A DNA stretch of 64,000 nucleotides from Mobula birostris (Eukaryota), in NCBI RefSeq assembly GCF_030028105.1, contig NC_092388.1:10874508-10938507 (forward strand). Reading direction: 5' to 3'. The position numbers and the translations under genes were made by a program. Of this stretch, positions 24,001 to 38,770 are shown piece by piece (the first letter of the stretch is position 1; each line of letters begins with the position of its first letter). The notes under the pieces are model-generated. The model was not told the origin of the DNA, ran no database searches, and saw only the letters and a program-made list of their open reading frames with translations.

Positions 24001-25855
24001 AAAGCGGCAAGCGACGGCCTTTCATTAAGAGGATTCGAACTAGCGTGGTCTTGCTCATTTCCCTCCACAGTCCCGCTGTACTTATACTCACACCTCCAAC
24101 AGCTACAGATTTTGATTTCGGCAGGCATTCTGTTTGTTTTTATAAAGCCAGTCTATATGTAGAGAAGAAAGACAGATATATAAGGGTTCAGTACTGAATA
24201 TTAACCTGTCGAGGTATTTTAACAACTTACAATAAATAAAATAACATCCTCCCCAGAAAGACATTATAACATTCGAAAATGTAAAATTGTCCAACCACTA
24301 ACCAACCGCGTTTATGACTCGCCCGTAACTTACAATCATTGTCCTATAATTGCTTTGTTTCGAGTTCGGGTACAGGGTCTGTAACTATATTTACCACATC
24401 ACTTAAATTACCCCCACTAAAATAGATAAACAGACACATTGTATGTGTGCATTGTTTACTCCAGCTTAGATATTTCAATCTCTGTATTACTATTGTTGAC
24501 GAAAAGAAATCTAACGGGATAATGAGATCTTTGGTAAGGAGCCCCTGGTTTCCGTCCTTTTACTGCGATCTGATGCCGCGCTGAGGGCGCAGTAAGTACT
24601 CGGTTATTCCAAAACACAAATTACTCCATCGAGATGTTCAAAAATGCCTAATTATTGCAAAAGAAACATTCCACTATTTTATGGTCGATAAAACCTTAAC
24701 AGCGTGCAATTATGGAAAATCGAACTTGGGATTTGGGGAGTATTAGCAAATTTCAATCGCGTGCAATTAAAATAACATTGTGATGGAAGGGAGCCCATAT
24801 GCGGACACATCAAGTATAAATCCGAGCTCCTGTATGTTTGTAGATCGGTTGGACATTTGAACAATCCCGGTAAACGTTTTGTTCAACACTTTTCTCTTGA
24901 AGTACTGTAGTGTTTATACACCAAATGCACATGTAGATACATGCACGCTTTAATGAAGAGTGCTGATGCAATAACAATCACTCCCACGCACAATTACTGT
25001 GAAATCCTTCAAAGCTAAGATATGGCGTTGTGCTCTTCTGTTGGGATTTTCTTTGCAAGAATATCAAAATTAAATCTATAAATCATCTCCCTGAATACAT
25101 ACTCTTATGGCTGTGTTCTTCCCTTTCTTTTAAGCAGGGGTAATTTACTGAAAGCAGAAATCAGGAGACTGTTGGTGTTTCCTATCCCACTAGGTGTAGA
25201 CGCTGTTGTTCTTTACCGCATTTAAAATAGTCAGAGAAACACTATTCCAGAGACTGATTTCTGATGTTTCCCTAGTCTACACAAGCTAACAAAAAGGGAC
25301 ATTATGCCTGTACAATGAAAAAAACCCAAATGGAGAACTGAATGAAAAAAAAATCTATTCTTACAACTGTTATTTACCTATCTAAATTACAATGTTCATC
25401 TACATATAAAACACATTTACTGAAATAATAATTTGTTATTCTGTTTCTTATTTTCGCATCTGTCTTCTAATCACTGTTGATCGAGCTATTGTTAAATACG
25501 TGACGCAGAGCCATTTTTCCATGTGTTAGACTATATGAAATATGCATGCATAACTATATCCTGTAACCTAATACGGTTCTCATTGGGCCACTAATATTCT
25601 ATTAGAACCACCTCTGTTATAGTTCAGAACTGATTTGGTTGTTTGTAACTTTGCTAGCACAGTCGTCGGATCTCCAGGGAGTTTTTTGAACTAAAGTCGT
25701 TTTCTATTGGCCAGACACTGATCAGCTGGTTATATTTGCTGCTGTCGCTTTGGCGCTCGGCCATCCTGAAACAAACCACCTCGATGACTACTAATAGCTA
25801 AACCACATTGTGTACTAATACATAACAAATCATATTACTACAGAGTGTGGAGCAA

Positions 25856-26285
25856 ATGAGTTCGTATTTTGTGAACCCCAGTTTCCCTGTTTCACTGCCT
25901 AGTGGCCAGGACTCTTTCCTCGGACAGATCCCACTTTATACAACGGGCTATGATGCTCTAAGGCACTTTCCAGCTTCCTATGGGGCAACCACCCTCCAGG
26001 ATAAGAGTTACTCTTCACCTTGTTATTATCAACAATCCAATTCAGTAATAGCTTGCAATCGTGCATCGTATGATTATGGAGCTTCTTGTTTCTACCCTGA
26101 AAAGGATCTAGCCAGTATCTCGCCATCCGGTAGTGGAAAGCATAGACCCCAGGATGACTTCTTTTCCTCAGACCAACATTACAAAACAGATTGTGCGCAA
26201 AACAAAATTTTGAGTGAAGAAGGAAACGACCGGAAGTACAGTACTCCAATTTATCCTTGGATGCAACGAATGAATTCAAGTTCCA
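25856..26285 (+). CDS. hoxa6: HoxA6 coding exon 1
   Basis: [38 protein letters not shown]; phase-1 donor A|GTGAGT. Confidence 0.96.
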
Positions 26286-26448
26286 GTGAGTATATTTTAG
26301 TGCCTACAGACACTTTGTTCCAACTTTACTACAGGAGTGCTTACATATGTTAATTGCAGTGTTTAAATGGGGCACTCTGGGTCGAATCGGGGAATTGAAT
26401 AATATGGTTGATTTGATAATATGACTTTACTGTTTTGAATTTCTTTGA

Positions 26449-26730
<282 letters not shown>

Positions 26731-28417
26731 GAGCGCAAATTCAAAGGAAGTTACCCTGGGCCTTTCTGTTTGGTAGTGAGTTACAATGTGCTCATTCTGC
26801 TAAACAGTTTAGAGAGAGAAAAAAATAATCGTATATCTGTTTGTTTTCGTTGTTCCTCTTGAGCTTGTGTCTATGTATAATTGGTAGAGGAATTGTTCAA
26901 ATAATTCGCATTCCATAGGATACAATAATTATACGGTGTAGGATTAATTGTTTTATAAATGCGAAATGTGAATGTTTCTGCTTTTCTAGTCGTTACTATG
27001 TGATGGGTTGCACCACAAATAATGACCCAATTGTTTCAATGGATAGTTTGCTCCGTAGGTATAATTTGACAGTCTCCAAATAAATGATCGTAGTAGATAT
27101 GCCCATTTGCTAATGATAAATATTGCATTGTATATGTCCACATTTTGCCCCCATTTTTTGTTGTTTTTAGATAATTAAGAGGGCACAGTATTCAGGCAGG
27201 TCGTGCCATTCTTTCTCTTACAAAGAAAACAATTATATTTCCTTTTATCCTGACATTCGTACGATAAACTAAGCTAGGTTGGTAACGCTTTCGCTTTAAA
27301 TTGAAGTTTTGAGGATAAAAATGTCTTAAATATATATTAAGATATACATTAATATATAATTAAAAGCAAGGTGCCCAATTTGTAAGAATTTAGCCTTTAG
27401 CAAAAGCTGCCGAAAACTTTTTGTATTAAATAAGCTGTGAAAGGAAACTTAGCACTGTGAAATTGATCGGTAGATGTCCTTGTTTCAGAGAGGAAAAAAA
27501 TGGACTGTATACGTGGTAAGAATGACTATTTGGTTTCTGGGTTCATTAAATAGGGCAATTTTCACTAAATGCACAAGTAAAGACGTAGCTAGAGCCGCGT
27601 TTAAATTGTAAAACGTTCTTCATGATATTTATTACAACAAACCTAGAAATAGTGGTCTTGCACAAAGCTGATGTTTTGATTAGGTGGATGACTATTTGTA
27701 AAGTGCGCTGCCTTTTGTTAGATAATGTACAGCATTTACTAATCGAACCAACGCAAAATGCTGTGCAAAAACATTATTTCCACGTAAACTGGGCACAAAA
27801 CGACGTTTATATACCAATCGAAAAGGGGTCCCTGTTTAGGATGTAATATGTAATAAAGTAAATTGGAAAAATTTAAACGCATCTTCAATATACGTGACAT
27901 GAGTTTTAAGAACGCGAAAATTGGCTTGAGAGTTTAAGTGCGGGGTGGCTTCGAAATTTCCGCAGATACACGGTGAACTCTAACATTGTGAGCTATGCAG
28001 ACAAAATAAAAATTTAAAACGGCGTAACAGATTAAAAGAATTAGCATTTTGATGCTGTACGATACCGTTTCTCCCCTGAACTAATCAGCGATGGTACCCG
28101 AAGCGTACGAAAATCACAGAATACATAACTAAAATTAAATCTAATTTAAAAAATTTCAAAACAAGCCAGTTACAAGAAAACGTCGAGTCCTATCTGTACC
28201 ACCATCAGCTCTATCTTAAGAAAACCCAACATCTCTGGTGGGTTAAATAAATGTACTGCTGTGCGACGTAGATTTTTTTTGAAAGATGCTCTTCCCATTG
28301 GTTTATGTGATTTATTCTACGAAATGTAATGGTTAAGTTTGAAATGTGTGGTAGCCTTAATTCGACCCGAGGCCGATTTTCCCGTTCATCACAACCACAG
28401 TCGCATAGCCTCTGTCT

Positions 28418-28431
28418 CCAGAGGGTGGCGC
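28418..28431 (+). promoter_or_regulatory. CTCF site between HoxA6 and HoxA5 (CBS5|6-like)
   Basis: CCAGAGGGTGGCGC matches the CTCF core, upstream of the HoxA5 promoter. Confidence 0.65.
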
Positions 28432-28751
28432 GCAAGGACAACCCAAAGCCAGTGCTGGGAGCCGCCGGCGCGCCCCCGTGCGCGCCACCCTCTTTCTTTC
28501 TTCCTCGCAACCTTCCAATTTGTAGCCACAGTGCACGGATTTACCTCTAGAGNNNNNNNNNNNNNNNNNNNNNNNNNNNNNNNNNNNNNNNNNNNNNNNN
28601 NNNNNNNNNNNNNNNNNNNNNNNNNNNNNNNNNNNNNNNNNNNNNNNNNNNNNNNNNNNNNNNNNNNNNNNNNNNNNNNNNNNNNNNNNNNNGACGCACA
28701 AACGACCAAGAGCCACAAATCAAGTAAAAAATAAATAAATAAAAAAATCAA

Positions 28752-29337
28752 ATGAGCTCTTACTTTGTAAACTCATTCTGCGGTCGCTATCCAAATGGCC
28801 CGGACTACCAGTTACATAATTATGGAGATCATAGCTCGGTGAGCGAGCAATACAGGGATTCTGCAACGATGCATTCCAGCAGGTACGGCTACGGTTACAA
28901 TGGGATGGATCTCAGCATTAGTCGTCCAGCATCTAACCACTTTAATGCCAGTGAAAGATCTCGAAGCTACTCTGCAGCAGCAGCAACAACAGCAGCAGCA
29001 GGAGCAGGACCAGAAGCAGGGGCAGACACCAGGTACAACCAACCTGCCACGTCCACTCAGTCTCCTTCACCTGACCCTCTGCCCTGCTCCGCCGTGGTCA
29101 GTCCGCCTGCCAGTGACAACCACCCCGGAATCAAAAACTCCATAGCAAGCCCAACTACCTCCTCAAATTCCAGCAGCAGCAGCAGTCAAATCAGTAGAGA
29201 TGGGGTTGGCACGTCGCCTGGTACTGAGGATGACACCCCGGCAAGCAGCGACCCTCCAAGTTCACAGAACGGGCAAGGCACAGCACAGCAGCAGCCTCAG
29301 ATTTACCCCTGGATGCGAAAACTGCACATAAGTCACG
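28752..29337 (+). CDS. hoxa5: HoxA5 coding exon 1
   Basis: [46 protein letters not shown]; phase-1 donor G|GTAAAC. Confidence 0.97.
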
Positions 29338-29667
29338 GTAAACTCCCTCCTCTTTCATCCTTGCATTAGTGGAATCTTAAATTACTTTACGCGTTGTAAA
29401 TCAAAACGCTAAATATATACGCTAAGACTTCCGTAAGGGTCATAATTTTAAGCTGTAATTATATTTGTAACCATTTGCGGGGTGGGATAATATTAGTATC
29501 CAGTTACGTATCATAATGTGGGGGTAAATAAGAATTGTTAGATTGAAAAAGGTGTGGTTAATAGTGGGGCAGATTCGTCCAAGTGGAGACTTCAACATTT
29601 TGTTCCAGTTAAGTTTCTAAAGTCATTTTGCTATTAAGGCATAGAAGGAGCGCAAAGGTTAACGTAG

Positions 29668-30045
<378 letters not shown>

Positions 30046-31509
30046 TCAATAGAAGCACTGGCCACTAGCTGACCAATTAGCATAATGTCAATACAGTACT
30101 GACTTCCAAAACTCTTTTCCCGTGTTACTTCTATGAAGAAAAGCATTTCCATGTTGCCGTATTCCAATCTTTGCATCGTTAGTCTGCTTTCTGGTCGTAC
30201 TGTTGCCTGTACAAGTCATTGCTTACAGTATATTGTCTAGGAATAGGATAGCCTTGTGAATTATAGCTGTTTTAACTTATTTATATTAATACAAGCGGTA
30301 TTACTTGAAGTAACTGTATAAAATCGTCTAGTAAAATGTAATTATGTGTTGCACTCTGCAAAAAAAGTGTATGTATGTGTTAGTGTTGCTAAATGTCAAA
30401 ATAGCTCCAAGCTTGCAATACGAATTTAATTTCAGACCATCGTCCTCTGTATTTGATATCGTAGTGTTAAATCACTGAGATGCTACCTATTCTGTGTTAT
30501 TAGTGAGCAGTGAATTTTGTGAAGGGTATTGCGACTTTGAACTGTATGTCTATGCTGTGCCTTTGTATGACTTTGCACGAATTCCAATAAGTGGCTCTTA
30601 GCGCAGCGTCGGTGTATGTTTTTTTGTGACAAAGGATAACTATAAAGCCTAAAAGACTGGCAGTTTAAGAAATTAGTGATGAGCTTTTGTATTTGTTTTT
30701 AAAACTGACTGGAAGTTAAAATAAAGTTTCTATAGTAACTTTCCTGCTCTTTAGACTCCCAGATAAGTATTTCTCTTGCGTTTGTTGTCTTGTGAATTAA
30801 AATGCTTCCACTACAAACGCTTAACATAGTTTTTGTCCAAAAAAAAGTAAAAGTTTGGCATAATTTTTATAACTTTGCTCTAGATGAAAATATTGTAGAT
30901 TGGTTAACCGTAGGGTTTCAAGTTGCGCAAACTTGTAAAGACGGGTCTCTAACAAATGCATTTCGAAATTTATGATTATTGCAAATGGCGGAATTCGGTA
31001 GGAATTAGTTCAGTGAATATTTGAACGTGGTGCTATATTGTAATTTGGTGTTTTTACGCATTTCGGAGTGAATACGTACGCCTCTTGAATCCCAGTCCTT
31101 GCGCTCTGAATTTTGCGCACCGTTTCCTTCTCCTGCTAAAACGCCAATTTCCTTGCTGCCTCCATTGCTGTTCTTGCAATTGAACAAACCCTTTTCATAG
31201 ACTTGATTTCTCTGAAACTCTATAGTGTGGGTCTGAGGAAAGATTGCACCCTGAAGCATTCCAACCACTTTTGTTCCGCAGGTAGGCGTTAAGCCACGAT
31301 CTCTCAACTCCCCCATTCTAAAGTGTAGCGTAAACCTCTTCCAACAGGTATTTTCACTTTACAGAGTTAACTTCACTTACCGCGTGAAAGCAGGGCAGAA
31401 AAGTCACCACTTAGCTCCTGACAGCAAGGGGGATCAGTACTTTCACCCTTTCTGCTGAGTGAGTGCTCGTCCTTTAAAGTTATAAACAGTAAACTTTTAT
31501 ACACCTCAG

Positions 31510-31837
31510 TTCCGGCTATATGACATTTGGGTGCCAAATGAATAGGGTTTTGTCTATGAATTAGATCGTAAAATCATCCATAGCACAGACTGATAGCCTC
31601 ACTGGCTATAAAAAATCACGTGGTGTCATTAAAGTAAGTTTTATGGTTTTGGGGAGTTGACATGGAACAGTATATTCTACATAACATATAATCTCACTGA
31701 CGCTGGACTTCATTTGGCTCCTTTGCAGATTGCGTGTGCAGGCAGGCCACTCAAATGGCTAATCTTCTTGCTCAGAGGACTATCCACAGCTCCACAACTC
31801 CAGTATACAGGAAAGTTGTGTTTTCTTGCAATACAAG
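31510..31837 (+). promoter_or_regulatory. Conserved Hox5-Hox4 intergenic promoter and non-coding first exon of long Hox4/Hox3 transcripts
   Basis: TCGTAAAATCA, CTATAAAA, ATCACGTGG, GTCATTAAAGT-GTTTTATGG and CATAACATATAATC motifs as recalled for paralogous clusters; donor AAG|GTAAAT at 31838. Confidence 0.65.
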
Positions 31838-33713
31838 GTAAATTCTGTTGAAATATTATCGTTGCAATTCTCAGCAAGAAATTTGGCCCAGTAACACAGG
31901 CCTTGAGCGGCACCCAGAGTGCACTGAGGCAGAGAAAAAAGTCTGAGTGAGCTACGAATTAGTTTCTTTTTGCGTTCAAATGAAGCTTCTGTTTTTTTTA
32001 ACAAATCAAGTCGTGAAAAAATGAAAGATTAAGAAAGAAAAAAAAACTTTGAGGGAGGAGTGTGTGTGTTCCATTAAAAATGTAACAGGTTTTTGCAAGG
32101 CACGATTAATTCTTACCGAAAGCTACTGTTATTGTTCAGTACTTTTATATTGTGGACAGACTTTTTTTTTGCCCCGCAAAGTCTGATAGTGGTGTTTAAT
32201 GTGTTTATCTGTGATTTGTTTGAGGGGAGTGTTCTGCTGCTGTTGTGACAAGTCTCTTGTTGGTGTTGTTTCAAAGTATATGTTTCAAATGTATTCATTG
32301 GCAAGCAATTCGGGAGCTTACGGGGTACTGATATTTTAATGAGTAGGGTGTAAGTGTGGTTTGAAGAGTTCCAAAATAAAGCCAGTCTGCACACATGAGC
32401 TGATTAAGGTACACAGACTGTATTACATGATTCTTTCACGTAACCAAGCAAACCGCCCCTCCCCCCAGCCCCCTCCTCGAAATCGTAATTTAAACTTTTA
32501 TGGCGACAATCATCAGTCTTTTGAGGAATGGAAGTACGGGTAATATAACAAAAGATGTTACTGCAAAGAAAAACATCCTTAAGATCTAAACTTAGGCACA
32601 TGTGCGACAGAAAGACCAAATTTATTTGTAACATAACATCTGAAATACGCCCAATAGAAGAGTTACTGCAACTTTTACTCTTAATTGTTGTAACGCCAAC
32701 ATTGTTTTTCTCGTGAATTGCAGGCTTCCCACAGTAGTGGCTGACGAACCATAAAGTTTATGACCGATTTTTTATTCTTTGAAGCTTCCGCTAGTCTAGA
32801 ATGTAGATGAAGGCTTACATGTATAATCAAAGGAAGAATGCTTGAAAACAGTATTTCCGAAGAACGAAAGTTTTTTTTGAGAGCAAAATTCATTAACTTC
32901 TCTGGATATTTCATTTTCGTTTGTAATGTCATAGCAAACCTATACTATAAGAAGTAGAGATAATAGGCGACTACAGATTTAAAGAGGTTGAAAGCAATTA
33001 CCCTCCAGAACTTACACTCAAAACATTCCACTGCAATTAGGTCTGTTTTACGACGTGCTATAAAACCCAACAGTAAATAAAGGAAATCGGCCCCTGTATC
33101 AATACAGCAGTTCCGGATCGGCCATGTCAATCGCGTCAATCTGTTGTAATTTCCTTTGTATTAGTTTACATTTAAATATGACAGTTTAATATATCATCTG
33201 TCCAGATCACTTAAAGGCCTCTTATAACAAGCCAAAACGATCTTTAGTTTCAATCAGTGCTGGAGTGCCATTCAGACAAACATTACATATTACTTATTAC
33301 AGTTACAATTGATTTCCTTGCGAATGCATTCCTAAACCCTAGTGGTAATGTGTTATTTCGTTTCAAATTACTCAAAGGGTTATGCACTTGATATAATTTG
33401 TTGAACTTGTGGGGGGGGACATTTCATTTATATATAAAAAAACATTCTACACTCCAAACTGGACAAGAAGTTGGAAGAGCATGCTGTGAAGTTAAGGATT
33501 AAACGTGTGCATGCTATCTAAAATGGGAACTGCACACCTTTGAGCAATGCAGATATTCTATGGAGACCAATACAGAATGGCTTAGGATGCTCCCCCACAA
33601 GTGCCGAGTTCTGAGATTTCCTCGGTAAGGTACCTACTATTTCCTATAAGGCCTTCTTTCTCCATTTAGTATACTGCATCTGTATACTTGAGGGTGTAGG
33701 AGAGAGGGAGGGT

Positions 33714-33797
33714 GTGTGTGTGTGTGTGTGCGTGTGTGTGTGTTGGGGAGGAAGAGATAGAGAGGAAGAGAGAGAGAAAGAGACTGAGAGAGGGGGA
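33714..33797. repeat. (TG)n and (GA)n microsatellite
   Basis: Directly visible. Confidence 0.85.
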
Positions 33798-36700
33798 GTG
33801 GGAGTTTAACTAGTTTCTGAGGAGAACTGTATTTGCCTTTCAGAAGCATCCTTTCAATGGTTTGAGGCTGCCATTTTACGTGAACGATTACAGACACATT
33901 TTCAAAACAAAATCAGCGGTTCATTATTTGATATGCCTTTTACAAAGTCTTCTTCAAGAAGGCCATGGGCAAAGACATAACACGGAGTACAAAGGCAATC
34001 TGTTCAGTTTGTGAAACACAAATTGTCAATAAATTCAATTTCTTACAAGACAGAATGTTTAATCTGAAAATGTAGTGAATGAACCCTCATTCAAAAAGCA
34101 GTTGTTCAATTTAGAAATCGGATATAGGTGAAAAATCTTTTGTTTTCTCAAATTGAAGCAATGGATAAGTTTTAGTTGAGGCGTTTAATTGAGAGCTTTA
34201 ACGTAACATATCTCTACCCTTTAACATACCATCTCATTAATCAGTGGTTGAAATTAAAAGCAGCTTCTGTGTGGTTCAGCCAACAATTCCCTTATCGTGA
34301 AGAAAAAATATAAATGTTAAACAAATGAGAAGTTCTGAGTGGTAAAGAGATGGACGCCAAAAAACCTGGAATGCGACGTGCTTACGTTTCTTCTGTGCTA
34401 AGGGCATCGAAAGGGCACCACGTACTTCAATTGCAATCTATGCTAGTTTGCTTTTGGCCAGAATAGAAGTTTCTCTAACCACAACAAATAGATTCTTTAT
34501 CAAACCAAGAGCCCGTAACAAGGATTTTGATGTAGTTGTCCCTTTTTTGTAATCTATAAAATGTACGCATCTTTGTATTATGTGAGACAGGGACAAATTT
34601 CTCGGGGGCCCTCTCAGTGGATCTGGGGTTGTTGGTGGTGGTGGTGGGAAGGTGGGTGGGAAAGAGCGGCTGGCAGTGTTGAGAGTAACTATTTATGATT
34701 AAAGTAAGATAATTGACTTGGTATTCATTGCATCTTAAAATAACTTTAAAAGGGAGTGGCAATATTCCTCTGTTTATGAGCATAAAATGTTACCATACAG
34801 CTCACTGAAATGCATGTGTGATAATATTATCCACATGATGACCTAACATATCAGTTCAGATTATCTAGCAAGCTACGTAAGTGCTTAACCGAGTAGTTGC
34901 CTTTTTTAGTTGCATTTAGTCCATCTATCTGACTCTTGGCGATATTGTTAAATGGAATATTTGAGGTCTAAAAATGAGGGTTGTTAAAAGAAAGTAACAC
35001 ACGTATGCTCTCAGGAGTTCCGTCACGTTCACGTTTTATTTCTTTATTTTGTTCGAAGTCCCTTGGCACTCAGGTTCATGGAATTAACTGTATTTCTGCA
35101 GAGACAACTAATGAGCTAAAGAAGCAGATTGTTACTAAATACGCTGCCATGAATTTTTCAGCCGTAAAGTTTTGACTGCAGCATGACCTTGTAGAAATAA
35201 AGAACTTGTTAAGTCTTCCTGAAATGATTTCATTAATAACCGCGGTGTGTTTACTGGAATGGAAGATATTGTTGTAATAAAACGCTGAAAGATTCCGTTC
35301 ACATCAGTATGTCTTGCTACAGATGGAATGGGTTGGGGGGGGGGAGTGAAACATGCGAACCCACTAAATAAACCATAATATATATTTTTTATTTTGTTAC
35401 TAGAGACATGTCCTTCATAAAATAAGGGGGATGCAAGTAGTTATCATACACACTTTATCTAAATAGGGTATCATTACGCAAAGATTAAAATAGCAGTATG
35501 TATTATGTTTATGCATTTGTATTTGTCAACCCTCTTCTCTGGAGGAAGGAATCAGTAGCTTAAAACAATCTTTTAGAGAGAGTTCACTTAGAATCAATTC
35601 GCAAAAGGAAATTTCACAAAGTTTTATTATTTTCCCGCCTCCTTTTTTGTTTGCCTCATCTACTGCTTACAGTTGCGACATAAACTAATTAATAATGCAT
35701 CTTTTTTTTCTTAAGAGGGTATCATATTAAAGTCACGCGTCTTTGGCAAGGAGAGTTCAGAATGCGCCCCTCTTGTACAAAAATTATGTAATTTGGATGG
35801 GGATTATTTCATTGATTGGAGGATTTTCGTTCCTTAAGTCAAAAAAGGGCATGTTTTCAGGGAAGAAAGAGGTATCTGCACACTCTGCAACTCACCAGCA
35901 GAGCTCGCTTTAGACCAAGTTCACAGTCAGTATTAGCAGGGGCTGGAAGCTTGCGTACCCATTGTTCTATCAGTATAACAGAAAAGAACGAAAATGCGAA
36001 AGTAAACTCGTGTTAAATTGATTTGTTTTTCTCCCCCACACTATCTATAATTACATTGGCTGGTCGCTGCAATGATAAAAAAAACTTACCCTCTTTGCAC
36101 ATCCAACAAAATAAAGGAGCACTCGAATAAACAGCTTGCAGACTGTTGAGTTTCATGCCATTTTTAAGATTAAAAGGACGTTTCACTTATGGGGGGACGG
36201 GTTGGGGGGGGGTTAGGTGTGGGACAGACGGAGAGGGAATGGATGCAACTGCTTTAGCTTTCCAAAACTTGAAATTAGCAGTACATCATGAAAATACTGA
36301 ACGAAAGGGGATATTATTTAGTCCTCAGTGGGGCTTTGAAAAAGGCTCCCTGTACGGTGGTTGGCAGGGCGGTACAACTATAGGGTCAAAAAGTTGAGGG
36401 TCAAAAGTTTACGTTTTGCCCGACTTGCAATCATCTGCTCAGACAGAGTTTGATGTCAATGTTATAGCGCGATCTTGACTATCAGCACAAAAGATAAAAT
36501 AGCTTTGAGTTACCCGTGTATCATGCTATGGACTCCAGGTGAACCCTAGCGACTGAACGACCTCAATTACTGACGAAAGGAAAGAAAAAAATGCTCTTTT
36601 CATGATGGAGACACATTGTATTTCATATTGAAAAATCGACCACGGTATTTCTCCTATCTCCCGTGTAAATGTAGCAGGTAAATCTTTCGAAATTATACCA

Positions 36701-38753
36701 AAAAAAAATCAAGAGACCTTTGTCTAAAAAGATAATTCAATTGTTTTATTTAAGTTCGCACTAAAATACGCTTTTTAGGATTTGAAATACAGCAGAAGTC
36801 TGTCGAATTCCAATATACAACAGGGTACACAGTCCTCCCCTAGGCAAAGATCGACATCAATTAAATTTAGATTCATAGAAACCTTCTTTTAAAAAGAAAT
36901 GTAGAACAACTGCTGCTAATTTAGAATTAATGAACATTTCAAAAGTACATATGTTTGCATTGACATCCTATTTAAATCATAAAATTATATAGGTATGTGT
37001 CCTACTCTGTATCCTTTTCATTTCCGTTTTGTTCATATCGATGGAAGTGTAACATTTGAGAGGGAAATAACTACATATAAAGCTGTTAAAAAAGCTTAGT
37101 TATTTCCTCAATTACTTCTATTTATTTGAACAAATCCTTAGCTATGTCTTGCTCTCTTATTTTTTTCACCCCCTAAAATAAATTTCAGTAGATAATATGA
37201 AGAATATAAATTATATATAGAATGATAAATACACAAGCTAACATTAGAATCATTACAGGATTACGGCCAGTGTTTTAAATGTATTACAAACTAATCTTAG
37301 CTATGCGTGTAATCTTAACGACTAAGTAAACTAATAAGTAAACGACTAAATTATAGAAGAAGGTCAAATTTTGTTTGGGGCATTAAATCCAGATATAATA
37401 TTTTATACAAATATAAGCATTTAAATAGCACCGCCGCCGTTTGGTCATGTTATAGATCATGATCAAATACGTCTTAGCTTAAGATACCGATAGAGAATAT
37501 AAAGCCGTGTAAAAACGTCTTATATTTCTTGATTTTCATCATAGTTAGCAAATTATGAGTAACGGGATGCAGCGTATTTTGTAAACCAATATTAGCGTTC
37601 TACCTAGAAACTGGAGAATGCGTGCATTCGAAAATCATTAACACACAGGTAATGGATTAGGAAAGTAAAAAAAGCATAGTGTTGTAGGGATAAACGAAAT
37701 TAATGTTTGTTAAGAGCAGGCCAAATTGCATAATCAGTACACCAACAGTTTGCAAAAAAACCCAATCTATTTCATATGTGATTCAAAAACAAATGCATTA
37801 TTCAGTAGGTCAAGGAGCCATCTTTACTCGGAGTCCATATAACCTTCTTCACACCCCCTACCCCCACCCACTCCTCCATCTCATTCTTCTTGAAACTTAC
37901 AGATTATATTTATTTACTGTATGTATGGATAAAAAGGAGTAACATTTCTGACACAGTAAGGGACTCATAGAAAAGTGGCGGATTTTGGTGAAAGAAGGAA
38001 ACGGCATGATATTGTATAACAGATACGAATAAAGAGAAGACAGGAATCCATCATGCATAAATGGACCTTTTTTCCTTCGCTAAGAAAGATGGGAAGCTTA
38101 TTCTAAACGAATAATTTCGTTTTGCGATTTTGACACTTGTTACTAGAATAGTTTGTTGGAAATTAAAACGTTTTCCGAAGCGGGAAATCATTGGAGAGGG
38201 AACACTCCATTGGTGAAATTAGGAAACAGGACATCTTGTCACAATTTTCAAAATTGAAGGTCATATATGAAAAACGTGTTCCCTAAAATAGTAGATTTAT
38301 TTTATGAGAACGACATTCTGACATAATATATTGGGGATGAAGTTTGTAGAGGGATGGAGGCACGAGTGAGTGGATTTCAAATTAAATGCAGATGTATTAG
38401 TAACACAATACAGCCCTTTGTGCAACTTTTTTGTATGTTAAAATTATTATCAAATCTAAAAAGAAAATTATCCGATCCCGGGTATTTTTAAATGTTATTT
38501 AATATTTTCCCGAATTATTTTTTTCTGAGTTTGATCAAACAGATTTTTACAAATGCATTGATCTTTCACTAGAAGTTATATTTACAAACATTGAAGCACG
38601 CTACAGAAATGGCTATTGCGACACTCGGGACTGTATAGAACCCATGCATTTTGGCTACTTTTCCCCCCTCCACAAAGGTAATGACCTGGGCAAAACACTC
38701 TGGTATTTGAAAGAGCACTATAGGCCTTTTAGAAATGGCTAAGTCCAAGGCCG

Positions 38754-38770
38754 AGGTGAAATTCAGGTCA
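38754..38770 (+). promoter_or_regulatory. DR5 retinoic acid response element 5' of HoxA4
   Basis: AGGTGA-aattc-AGGTCA ~2.9 kb upstream of the HoxA4 ATG, followed by a conserved-looking block to ~38880. Confidence 0.85.

Noticed and set aside
28900-29145. Alternative-frame poly-Q ORF within HoxA5 exon 1
   Set aside because: By-product of the GCA repeat encoding poly-Ala in the real frame.
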